Below are positions 1 to 7,192 of a stretch of DNA of 23,922 nt, piece by piece. The stretch is taken from NCBI GenBank assembly GCA_049599895.1, contig JBMYPC010000039.1, positions 1 through 23,922 of the forward strand, given 5' to 3'. The position numbers and the translations under genes were made by a program. This stretch comes from Bacteriovoracaceae bacterium. GTDB lineage: Bacteria; Bdellovibrionota; Bacteriovoracia; Bacteriovoracales; Bacteriovoracaceae. Below the pieces are notes generated by a model that worked only from the letters and a program-made list of their open reading frames with translations, made no database searches and was not told the origin of the DNA. How positions within the stretch are numbered: position 1 is the first letter of the stretch; each line of letters begins with the position of its first letter.

Positions 1-446
1 ACTCCCATAAAGGCTATTGAAAAGTTATTCTTCTTAATGATTCGATGGGCTTTAGGCCTTGGGGCATTTTTATCGAGTGGAATGAGGTTGGTCAGAATAA
101 GAGGAAGATTATGATCTTGGTTTAAAAGGATTTTATATTCTTCCATCGTTGGAGTAATTGCATCATAGTTTAAATTTTCAAGAAATTTAATTTGTTCAGT
201 AATAGGTGTGAATCGATCAAAGAGAGAACCGGTGTGAACTAATATGGCCTTCTTTAAAACTTTGTCTCGCTTAGATGCTATTTCTTTTTTGAGTTTCTGC
301 CTTTGCGTCTCACATTGCTCTTTACTGTCACACTGATAAGAGTTCGTTGCAAAGACGTGAATATCTACAGACTTTGGCTCAGGGTTTTGACCAAGACAAG
401 AGACGAGACTTAAGCAAAGAAGCTTAAGGAGAAAATAATGCTTCAT
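1..446 (-). CDS. Lipoprotein with degenerate 5'-nucleotidase/calcineurin-like metallophosphoesterase N-terminal domain (3' part outside window)
   Basis: Manual translation from ATG at 446 is open to the window edge: MKHYFLLKLLCLSLVSC (lipobox LVSC)...ILVHTGSLF...LNYDAITPTMEEY...LPLILTNL...IIKKNNFSIAFMG. This follows the UshA-family pattern LLDAGDFF / GYDAxxLGNHEF / FPxLSAN / KIGFIG. The start lies 3 nt after the desulfurase stop. Not in the ORF track because it is truncated. Confidence 0.7.
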   Translation of the reverse strand, partial: MKHYFLLKLLCLSLVSCLGQNPEPKSVDIHVFATNSYQCDSKEQCETQRQKLKKEIASKRDKVLKKAILVHTGSLFDRFTPITEQIKFLENLNYDAITPTMEEYKILLNQDHNLPLILTNLIPLDKNAPRPKAHRIIKKNNFSIAFMG

Positions 447-449
447 AAG

Positions 450-1613
450 TTACGCGCTTACTTTTTTCTTCTGGCGAAGAACAGTTTTTAACGCTTCTAG
501 AATTATCTGGTATTCCTCAGGCTGGCAAGAGAGACAAAGACTCATTCGAAGAGCACCCATCTGATATTCAAAGGGGATATTCATCGCTCTTAACACCTTT
601 GACCCAGTCGGACCTTGATCTGAGCAAGCTGAAGAGGTTGTAATATAGACTCCAACTTTTTCAAGTTTTTGCCGAACCAGCTGCCCATCGCTATTTTTTT
701 GGGCAAGATAAGTGGTTGTCGGAACCCGTGGTGCATTCTCACCAAAAATAAAGATGTCCTCAAGGTCTGCTTTCAGGCCAGCTTCAAATTCGTTTCGGGC
801 TTTTTCCATAAGAGGAATCCGCCTGAACTGAGCATCAAATGAGCTGATGGCGACACCTAAAGTTTCAATGGCAAGATAGTTTTGTGTTCCTGATCTTAGT
901 CCGTGTTCTTGGCCACCACCTTTAATGAGAGAAGAAAAGGCATTTAAGTCCTTAACCATGATAAAGCCTGAACCAAGTAGGGCGCCAAACTTATGGCCTG
1001 AAGCAAAAGCGTAGTCGATGTTTGAATCATTGAAATCAAAAGGGACTTTTCCAACAAGCTGAGTTGTATCGCAAAGAAAAGGGATTCCGTGATCCTGACA
1101 AAGTTTTCCAATTTCTTTATAGGGCTGAATCACACCTGTTTCGTTATTAGCGGCCATAATGCAAACAAGAGTGATTTCGTCTTTAGAGTTTTTTACAGAT
1201 TTTTCAAAAGCTTCTAAGTCGATAAGGCCGTCTTGATTGACATTGACCCATTTAGTTTCTTGATTGAATTTTTTTGCATAGAAGTTTGTATTATCGACAA
1301 TTGCTGAGTGTTCAATTGTTGAAATCAGAATTTTCTTTTTGATGGGTTTTTTCTCTTCAACGAAAAGTGAAAAGAAAACATTGGCGATTCCTTCACTTGA
1401 ACCAGAGTTAAAAATCACGTGGTCGCGATGGACTTTGACATTGTCGGCGATCAAATTTCGCGTGGCTTCAATGTTCTCTGCGATTTGTCTGCCAATGACA
1501 TGTCCAGCGCTAGGATTGGCAAAAAGATCCGTGTCCATCCTCTCTATCAGCATCTTGCGGACGTTAGGGCATAGAGGTGCTGATGCATTAAAATCTGCGT
1601 AAAGCGACTTCAC
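450..1613 (-). CDS. iscS: Cysteine desulfurase, IscS/NifS family (PLP aminotransferase class V)
   Basis: YADFNASAP, FANPSA, FNSGSSE, IEHSA, NNETGVIQP, SGHKFG (PLP lysine), RSGTQN and TSSACS (catalytic Cys). Start revised to GTG at 1613, preceded by AGGAGA at 7 nt spacing; the longer ORF to 1805 overlaps parA. Confidence 0.9.
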   Translation of the reverse strand: MKSLYADFNASAPLCPNVRKMLIERMDTDLFANPSAGHVIGRQIAENIEATRNLIADNVKVHRDHVIFNSGSSEGIANVFFSLFVEEKKPIKKKILISTIEHSAIVDNTNFYAKKFNQETKWVNVNQDGLIDLEAFEKSVKNSKDEITLVCIMAANNETGVIQPYKEIGKLCQDHGIPFLCDTTQLVGKVPFDFNDSNIDYAFASGHKFGALLGSGFIMVKDLNAFSSLIKGGGQEHGLRSGTQNYLAIETLGVAISSFDAQFRRIPLMEKARNEFEAGLKADLEDIFIFGENAPRVPTTTYLAQKNSDGQLVRQKLEKVGVYITTSSACSDQGPTGSKVLRAMNIPFEYQMGALRMSLCLSCQPEEYQIILEALKTVLRQKKKVSA

Positions 1614-1712
1614 TTTGAAATCTCCTGAAAAAAATTTGATTACCAACCGTAATGAGACGCTAACAATTTGCGGGCATCCCGTAAATACGAGAAGCAGTGG
1701 GAAAAACAATTT

Positions 1713-1741
1713 TTGACGTCCTGTGTTTGGTTTTCTAGAAT
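1713..1741 (+). promoter_or_regulatory. Sigma70-type promoter for parAB
   Basis: TTGACG (1713-1718), 17 bp spacer, TAGAAT (1736-1741), ending 38 nt before the parA ATG, which has an AAGGAG SD. Confidence 0.7.
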
Positions 1742-1779
1742 TGTAAGTAGATGGAATTTGGCGAAAATAAGGAGACAAC

Positions 1780-2553
1780 ATGGAAGTCATCACAGTCGCA
1801 AACAATAAAGGTGGAGTCGGTAAAACGATGCAGTGCTACCAACTCGCGTGCTATCTTGCCAGCAAAGGCAATAAAGTACTTGTTATCGACCTCGATTCTC
1901 AGGCCAACCTCAGCAGTACATTTGAAATTCAAATCAAAAGAACCCTTATTCCAGAATGGCTAATCGGTGACGTCGATGGTGAAGACATCATTGTGCAAAG
2001 CGGAGGAACTCAAGAGTTTCATCAAAATATCTTTTTAATTCCAAGTAGTAGGCATCTTGCGAATCTTTCAAAGCTTCTTATTCTTTCTGAATCTGAAATT
2101 CGAAAGAATGCGGGAAGAAAAGAGAGACTTCTACGGCTTAGACTTAGAGAACTTGAAGAAGAATTTGATTATGTTGTGATTGATACACCACCAATGCTTG
2201 GTGATGAACTGATTATGTCACTAGTGACTTCAGATCGAATTTTAATCCCAACTCAAGCTCAAGACTACTCCATTGATGGACTTGAAGAGCTTATGGATAC
2301 TTTTGAGATCATTAAAGAAACTGAAAATCCAAAGCTTCAGTTTAATATCATCCCGTCGATGGTGAACCTAAGAAGAAAAATCGAAAAGCAAAGAATGGAA
2401 GAACTTGCGGGACAGTTTAATATTACTCCTCCGGTTCGAAACCTTGTTCAAATGCAAGAGTCGATTTCGTGTCGCAAACCTGTCTTTATGATGGGCAAAA
2501 GAAGTCGTGCGAAGTCTGATTATGAACAACTTTGGCAATCGTTAGAGCTCTAA
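1780..2553 (+). CDS. parA: ParA/Soj family ATPase
   Basis: Deviant Walker A KGGVGKT, VLVIDLDSQANLS, Walker B YVVIDTPP, ILIPTQ; no N-terminal HTH. Confidence 0.93.
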   Translation: MEVITVANNKGGVGKTMQCYQLACYLASKGNKVLVIDLDSQANLSSTFEIQIKRTLIPEWLIGDVDGEDIIVQSGGTQEFHQNIFLIPSSRHLANLSKLLILSESEIRKNAGRKERLLRLRLRELEEEFDYVVIDTPPMLGDELIMSLVTSDRILIPTQAQDYSIDGLEELMDTFEIIKETENPKLQFNIIPSMVNLRRKIEKQRMEELAGQFNITPPVRNLVQMQESISCRKPVFMMGKRSRAKSDYEQLWQSLEL

Positions 2554-2604
2554 GAAGCTTTAATTTTTTAGTTTTAACTTAAGAAGAAATACGGAGATTT
2601 CTTT

Positions 2605-3510
2605 ATGGCGAAAAGTTTCACCCCTCGTGTATCAAAAAGAGAAAGAAAGACTATAGATCTTACTGAAAGACTTGATTCAAGTGTCTTTCAATTTGCAGAT
2701 GACAGATTACTTAAAGGCGCTAGACTCGATGAAATCGAGCTTAAGACCATTAATGTTAAAGAACAGGTTCGAACAAAATTTAATGATTCTTCATTAAAAG
2801 AGCTTGCAGAAAACATTAAAACAAATGGGCTGATTCAACCTCTCGTTCTTCATCGAGTAGGGCGAAAGTATACTCTTATTTGTGGTGAAAGACGTTATCG
2901 AGCGATGACTCTTATCAAGATGAAAAAGTGTCCATGCTTTATTCTTGAAAATAAATCAGAAGAAGAGCTCATGGCGATTCAGTTTTCTGAAAACACCGCC
3001 AGAGAGTCTCTTCACTACATTGATAAAGCTGATGGTATTTTAAGCTATCAAAAAGCAACTAATGCCAGTGAGAGAAAAATTGTAGCGGCACTTGGAATTT
3101 CAAAGTCTGAAGTTCATCGAAGTCTGATCATTGCTAAACTTCCAAAGAAAGTGAAAGAAGCGGCGAAGATCTATGACGTTGAAAAATATGTTCTTCTTGA
3201 ACTTTTCGCTCTTCCAACCGGAACATTAAAGCGAAAACTTCAGGCCATGGTTTGTGCTGGTGGGATTACCAAGCGGGCTCAATTTAAGAGATTGCTTAAA
3301 GATTCACCTGCCCTAACTAAGGGGAAAAGAGCCACTACAGCAACAAAGACCAGAAAGACTCGAACGACTAAGAGAACGAGCGTCTCGAATCTAACCGCCA
3401 ATGCTCTTCTTAAGGCCATGAAAGAGAAATCTAAGAATATGGATCTTGATAAAGAAGAGAAAAGACTTCTTGAGAAGTTCCTGAAAGAGTCTTCAGATAT
3501 ACTAAGCTAA
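2605..3510 (+). CDS. parB: ParB/Spo0J family protein (ParB CTPase domain + HTH)
   Basis: QVRTKF...LKELAENIKTNGLIQPLVL...ICGERRYRA (GxRRxxA motif), ENTARESL, HTH SERKIVAALGISKSEVHRSL; directly downstream of parA with GGAG SD. Confidence 0.92.
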   Translation: MAKSFTPRVSKRERKTIDLTERLDSSVFQFADDRLLKGARLDEIELKTINVKEQVRTKFNDSSLKELAENIKTNGLIQPLVLHRVGRKYTLICGERRYRAMTLIKMKKCPCFILENKSEEELMAIQFSENTARESLHYIDKADGILSYQKATNASERKIVAALGISKSEVHRSLIIAKLPKKVKEAAKIYDVEKYVLLELFALPTGTLKRKLQAMVCAGGITKRAQFKRLLKDSPALTKGKRATTATKTRKTRTTKRTSVSNLTANALLKAMKEKSKNMDLDKEEKRLLEKFLKESSDILS

Positions 3511-3542
3511 GTACTTAATTAATACTAAGGTAGGGTCTCTGT

Positions 3543-3568
3543 GGGGTGATGATTAAGGTTTTCACCCC
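3543..3568 (+). terminator. GC-rich inverted repeat after parB, possible terminator or binding site
   Basis: GGGGTGA-N12-TCACCCC, 32 nt after the parB stop; followed by only a weak T-rich tail (TGTCTTACATTT). Confidence 0.4.
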
Positions 3569-3585
3569 TGTCTTACATTTAAACA
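3569..3585. promoter_or_regulatory. Candidate activator (bEBP) binding palindrome
   Basis: TGTCTT-N5-TAAACA, two mismatches to the TGTCTA-N5-TAGACA site at 11628; about 170 bp upstream of a sigma54 motif. Confidence 0.4.
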
Positions 3586-3750
3586 GCAAATTCTAAGTTG
3601 CTAAATTTAGAAAATGACAGTTGTTTTTGGCCTAAATCCTTCTGTAATTCTTACTAATTAGTTGAAACTATTACGAAAAAAGAGATAATCAGCCCGATTT
3701 CATAAGGCAGGATGCCCATAAATCTTACACTTAAGGCCTACCAGCAGAGA

Positions 3751-3766
3751 TGGCCTACAGCTTGCA
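3751..3766 (+). promoter_or_regulatory. Sigma54 (RpoN) -24/-12 promoter
   Basis: TGGC-CTACAGC-TTGCA matches TGGC-N7-TTGCW with exact spacing, 41 nt upstream of the 3808 start. Confidence 0.65.
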
Positions 3767-3807
3767 CAATAAATTTCTGAGAGAGAGAATGAAAAGGGAA
3801 TATATTT

Positions 3808-4632
3808 GTGAAGAGCTTATCGAGATTCCATATTAAATCGAGCAAGGGCTTAAAGGCGTTAAGCTTAGCTGCTCTTATGATTTTCGGATTTTCATCTGAA
3901 GTGCTTTCTTTAGAAAATAATTCTGACGTTCAAATTCCACTTAAAGTCGCTAATCGAGCTCCTGCTAACTACATTCCAGATGATGATTTCTCAGTGGCCT
4001 ATTATGAAAATGAAATTTGGCTAAGCAAAGTCTTTGTTAAAGATGATGCTGGCGTTATGGATCGTATGAAAAACGATTTTACTGCTTGGGAAAAACAAGA
4101 AGAATTTGAAAGGCTTTGGGGAGTGACTCCACTTGATAAGTTTAAAACTCCAACTAGGCAGGCCAAGATTAATTACTTTAATCGAAACCTTCTTCGCTAT
4201 GCTGACAAGAGACTTGCTGGGGAAGTAAAGAAGTCTGAGAAAGGCTCAACCCTTAATAAAGTAGGACAAGTTCAGAAGACATTAAGACCAAGTTCTCAAG
4301 TTCAGATCGCAGGAAAAGTGAAGCTTAAATTTAAGGCAAGACTTCTTCAAGGAAAGGCTTCAGTAGCGCTTGAAAATCCATATGTTGAAAACAATATTGA
4401 ATTCAAAGCTGACGGCTCAATTAATATGACGGTAAAGAAAAACATCTCGATGCTTAAGCTAACTGCTCAAGCAAAGTATGATGTTCAAAAAGAGCATTAT
4501 TTCACAGAGTTTAGTAGACCTCTTAACAGTAAAACTGTGGCAAAAGTAAGCTCGCATCAAAACTCAAAAACAGCTCCTTTTTCAAACGATTCAGACAAAA
4601 GAGTTGAAGTCTTTTTTAGTCACTCTTTTTAG
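3808..4632 (+). CDS. Hypothetical exported protein, C-terminal beta-strand-rich region (possible outer-membrane protein)
   Basis: 274 aa; basic N-terminus followed by a hydrophobic signal segment; amphipathic strands in the C-terminal third; ends VEVFFSHSF (beta-signal-like terminal Phe). Confidence 0.75.
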   Translation: MKSLSRFHIKSSKGLKALSLAALMIFGFSSEVLSLENNSDVQIPLKVANRAPANYIPDDDFSVAYYENEIWLSKVFVKDDAGVMDRMKNDFTAWEKQEEFERLWGVTPLDKFKTPTRQAKINYFNRNLLRYADKRLAGEVKKSEKGSTLNKVGQVQKTLRPSSQVQIAGKVKLKFKARLLQGKASVALENPYVENNIEFKADGSINMTVKKNISMLKLTAQAKYDVQKEHYFTEFSRPLNSKTVAKVSSHQNSKTAPFSNDSDKRVEVFFSHSF

Positions 4633-4738
4633 TCGGTTACTGTTAATTCCATCACTATTTAAAACGACTTTCTATTCCTTTCTATATTGAGTTACGTTAA
4701 TCTTTACCTAAGAACAAATTTTATTATGGTGAGGATTT

Positions 4739-6004
4739 ATGTCGTCGATTTTCGATTCTGCATTGTATCAAGATGCACTGGAGCAGTTAAGCAGTTCAAG
4801 TCAAGTTATGGGTCTTGATCCCAACATTTCAGAAAGATTAAAGTATCCAAAAAGGGCCCTTCAAGTTTCAATCCCTGTTCGTCTTGATGATGGAACGGTG
4901 AAAACTTTTATGGGTTATCGAGTACAGCACAATATGACGATTGGTCCTGGTAAAGGTGGGATTCGTTATCATCCTCATGTGAATATGTCTGAGACAGCAG
5001 CTCTTGCTATGCTTATGACTTTTAAATGCGCCCTTGTTGGTCTGCCACTTGGTGGAGCAAAGGGTGGAGTGTGTGTTGATCCCACTCAGCTTTCAAGACA
5101 AGAACTTCAAGCGCTAACAAGAAGATATGCAACGGAGATTGGAATCATTGTTGGTCCCACTCAAGATATCCCTGCTCCAGACATTGGAACGGATGCTCAG
5201 ACCATGGCCTGGTTTATGGATACCTATTCTCAAATCAATGGTCACACAGTTCCAGGAGTTGTAACTGGGAAACCAATTACTGTTGGTGGTTCACTAGGAC
5301 GAGCGGAAGCAACGGGTAAGGGTGTTGCTTATTGTATTAACTTTGCTTATCAAAAACTCAACAAGAGAATTGATAGCTCAACAACTGTTGCAATTCATGG
5401 TTTTGGTAAAGTTGCGATGCCTGCTGCTCAAGACTTAAAGAGCCAGGGAGCAAAGATTGTCGCGATCAGTGATGTTTCCGGAGCATTCTATAATAAGAAT
5501 GGAATTGATATTGATGCAGCAAGTGAATGGGTCACCAAAAGAAAACTTCTTAAAGACTTTAAAGGTGAAGGAGAGATGATCACTAACGAGGAACTTTTTG
5601 AACTCGATATTGATATTCTTATTCCTGCAGCAATTAGTGGTGTGATCACTGAAAAGAATGCACCTAATGTTAAGGCCAAACTTATCGCTGAAGGTGCTAA
5701 CGGACCTGTCACAAAAGAAGCCTATGCGATACTTCACGAGAAAGGAACTTTCATCATTCCTGATATTCTCTGTAACGCCGGTGGTGTTATTGTTTCATAC
5801 TTTGAATGGGTTCAAGGTCTTCAGAACTTTTTCTGGAACCTCGATGAAATTAACCTAAAACTTCACGACATTTTAAAGAATGCCTTTGAGAATGTTTATG
5901 AATGCCAGGGGGTCTTTAAAACGGATATGAAGCAGGCAGCTTTCATTGGAGCTTTAAGAAGGTTAGAGCGTGCCATGAGACTAAGAGGGTTATTTCCATC
6001 ATAA
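4739..6004 (+). CDS. gdhA: Glu/Leu/Phe/Val dehydrogenase, glutamate dehydrogenase type
   Basis: GYRVQHN, GPGKGGIRYHP, GGAKGG, DIPAPDIGT, GGSLGRAEATGKG, EGANGP, PDILCNAGGVIVSYFEWVQ; GAGG SD. Confidence 0.95.
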   Translation: MSSIFDSALYQDALEQLSSSSQVMGLDPNISERLKYPKRALQVSIPVRLDDGTVKTFMGYRVQHNMTIGPGKGGIRYHPHVNMSETAALAMLMTFKCALVGLPLGGAKGGVCVDPTQLSRQELQALTRRYATEIGIIVGPTQDIPAPDIGTDAQTMAWFMDTYSQINGHTVPGVVTGKPITVGGSLGRAEATGKGVAYCINFAYQKLNKRIDSSTTVAIHGFGKVAMPAAQDLKSQGAKIVAISDVSGAFYNKNGIDIDAASEWVTKRKLLKDFKGEGEMITNEELFELDIDILIPAAISGVITEKNAPNVKAKLIAEGANGPVTKEAYAILHEKGTFIIPDILCNAGGVIVSYFEWVQGLQNFFWNLDEINLKLHDILKNAFENVYECQGVFKTDMKQAAFIGALRRLERAMRLRGLFPS

Positions 6005-6516
6005 AGTTTTCAGCTTTTCTCTTTATCATTCTCTTTGCCTTTTCTTCTGTTGAAGCAAAGGTTGAGAGGGTGAGATATACCAACAAATCTTTTGAAGATT
6101 TTTCTTTGGCCCAAGTTTGTAAAGAAATGAAGGCAAGCTCAAAACTTATTATTGAAGCTCACGGGGTTTTAAGTGTTGATTGTATGGGTCAGCTCATCAA
6201 GGTTTCAGACTTTTGCATGAAAAAGTTTAAAAGGAGAAAGAACTTCGTTCGAGGCTATATCGGTTTTGATAGGCTTGAGAATCCGAGGGCCTATTGTCAG
6301 TTTGCTGAGCAGTCTATCGTGAGTTTCAATTGTTCAAAGTCACCTAAGTTTTGTCTTAAGGACTCTAGACGAACCTGTCAAAAGTTAGGTCGCGTCTATG
6401 CGAGAAGGCTTGAGCCTTTAAAGTCATTTCAATCGAACCTCATCGGTGGCAGAACTCTTTCTTGCTATTTTCAAGAACCTTCTGAAGAGGACAAGCTCTT
6501 TTCAGAATTGAATTAA
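6001..6516 (+). CDS. Hypothetical secreted cysteine-rich protein (ORF-track start GTG 6070; probable real start ATA 6001)
   Basis: The in-frame extension 6001-6069 encodes (I/M)KFSAFLFIILFAFSSVEAKVER, a typical signal peptide; the mature part has 8 Cys. The start position is uncertain. Confidence 0.7.
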   Translation: MKFSAFLFIILFAFSSVEAKVERVRYTNKSFEDFSLAQVCKEMKASSKLIIEAHGVLSVDCMGQLIKVSDFCMKKFKRRKNFVRGYIGFDRLENPRAYCQFAEQSIVSFNCSKSPKFCLKDSRRTCQKLGRVYARRLEPLKSFQSNLIGGRTLSCYFQEPSEEDKLFSELN

Positions 6517-6555
6517 TTGAGACCTTAGAAAAGACTCTCTCGTCTTATTTCTCTT

Positions 6556-6598
6556 TATAATCTAAAACCATAAAGACTCAGTCTCTGGAGGCTTTATG
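6556..6598 (+). promoter_or_regulatory. -10 box followed by a leader hairpin covering SD and start codon
   Basis: TATAAT at 6556-6561; 6569-6598 CATAAAGACTCAGTCTCTGGAGGCTTTATG folds back on itself, pairing GGAGG and ATG. The -35 match is poor. Confidence 0.45.
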
Positions 6599-7192
6599 TA
6601 TCTAAGAATTAATTCCTTAATCCCTTGCAGTCAATCTTACGAAGTCGTTTCGCTCTTTGGTTATTGTTCTGCTGGACTTCCTGGTCTCGAACTTAAAGGA
6701 TGTTATTCTCGAGCTCAAGTCCTTAAAGAGAAGATGATTTTCATCACAAAGTCTTTAGGGCTACAGGTACCCTTGAAAAAATTTAATCTCTGTTTAGATG
6801 CGCCCTCAAAGCGTTCAATTTCTTCAATAGACTTAGAGTGGATTGAGCTTCCTATGCTTTTACTCTATTGGAGCCTCGCCGGGCATTTGAGTATAAAGAA
6901 TATGGAGTATTGCTTTTCCTTTGGGAAGTTTAGGCCTTCTGGAGAGTTTGATGTTCCAAAAATCAAAGAAGATTTTCTTGTCTCGTTTCAAAAAGAAATG
7001 AAAGAGCTTTCAGGAAGGGATATTACATATCTTCTCTCTGAAGATTATCGTCAAATGACTAATATTCAGTTCATTCCATTAGAGTCGATACTTTCCTTTA
7101 CAAAACTTGTTCGAAAAAAAAGTCTTTCTGATCAAAAGCAATTGAATCAGCAGGGGAGTTATCAGACTTTGTCTATGGGTGTCTTAAATTGA
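6596..7192 (+). CDS. Stand-alone ComM/YifB (Mg-chelatase-related) N-terminal domain protein
   Basis: SAGLPGLELKG...LKEKM...KSLGLQVPLKKFNLCL...IELPML...SLAGHL...FSFGKFRPSG parallels ComM GLPxFxIVG...ESRERV...SGFxFPxxRITVNL...FDLPIA...GELSLDG. No Walker A motif in 198 aa. GGAGG SD. Confidence 0.7.
   Translation: MYLRINSLIPCSQSYEVVSLFGYCSAGLPGLELKGCYSRAQVLKEKMIFITKSLGLQVPLKKFNLCLDAPSKRSISSIDLEWIELPMLLLYWSLAGHLSIKNMEYCFSFGKFRPSGEFDVPKIKEDFLVSFQKEMKELSGRDITYLLSEDYRQMTNIQFIPLESILSFTKLVRKKSLSDQKQLNQQGSYQTLSMGVLN

Noticed and set aside
1411..1426. CACGTG core resembling parS
   Set aside because: Flanks (AAAAT/GTCGC) do not match TGTTT/AAACA, and it lies within a coding region.
1614..1805. 64-codon N-terminal extension of the desulfurase ORF
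   Set aside because: Overlaps parA and its promoter; family similarity and an SD begin at GTG 1613.
3706..3716. GGC-AGGAT-GCC mini-hairpin resembling a CsrA site or Csr sRNA repeat
   Set aside because: Single copy, 3-bp stem, upstream of the predicted promoter; Csr sRNAs carry several GGA loops.
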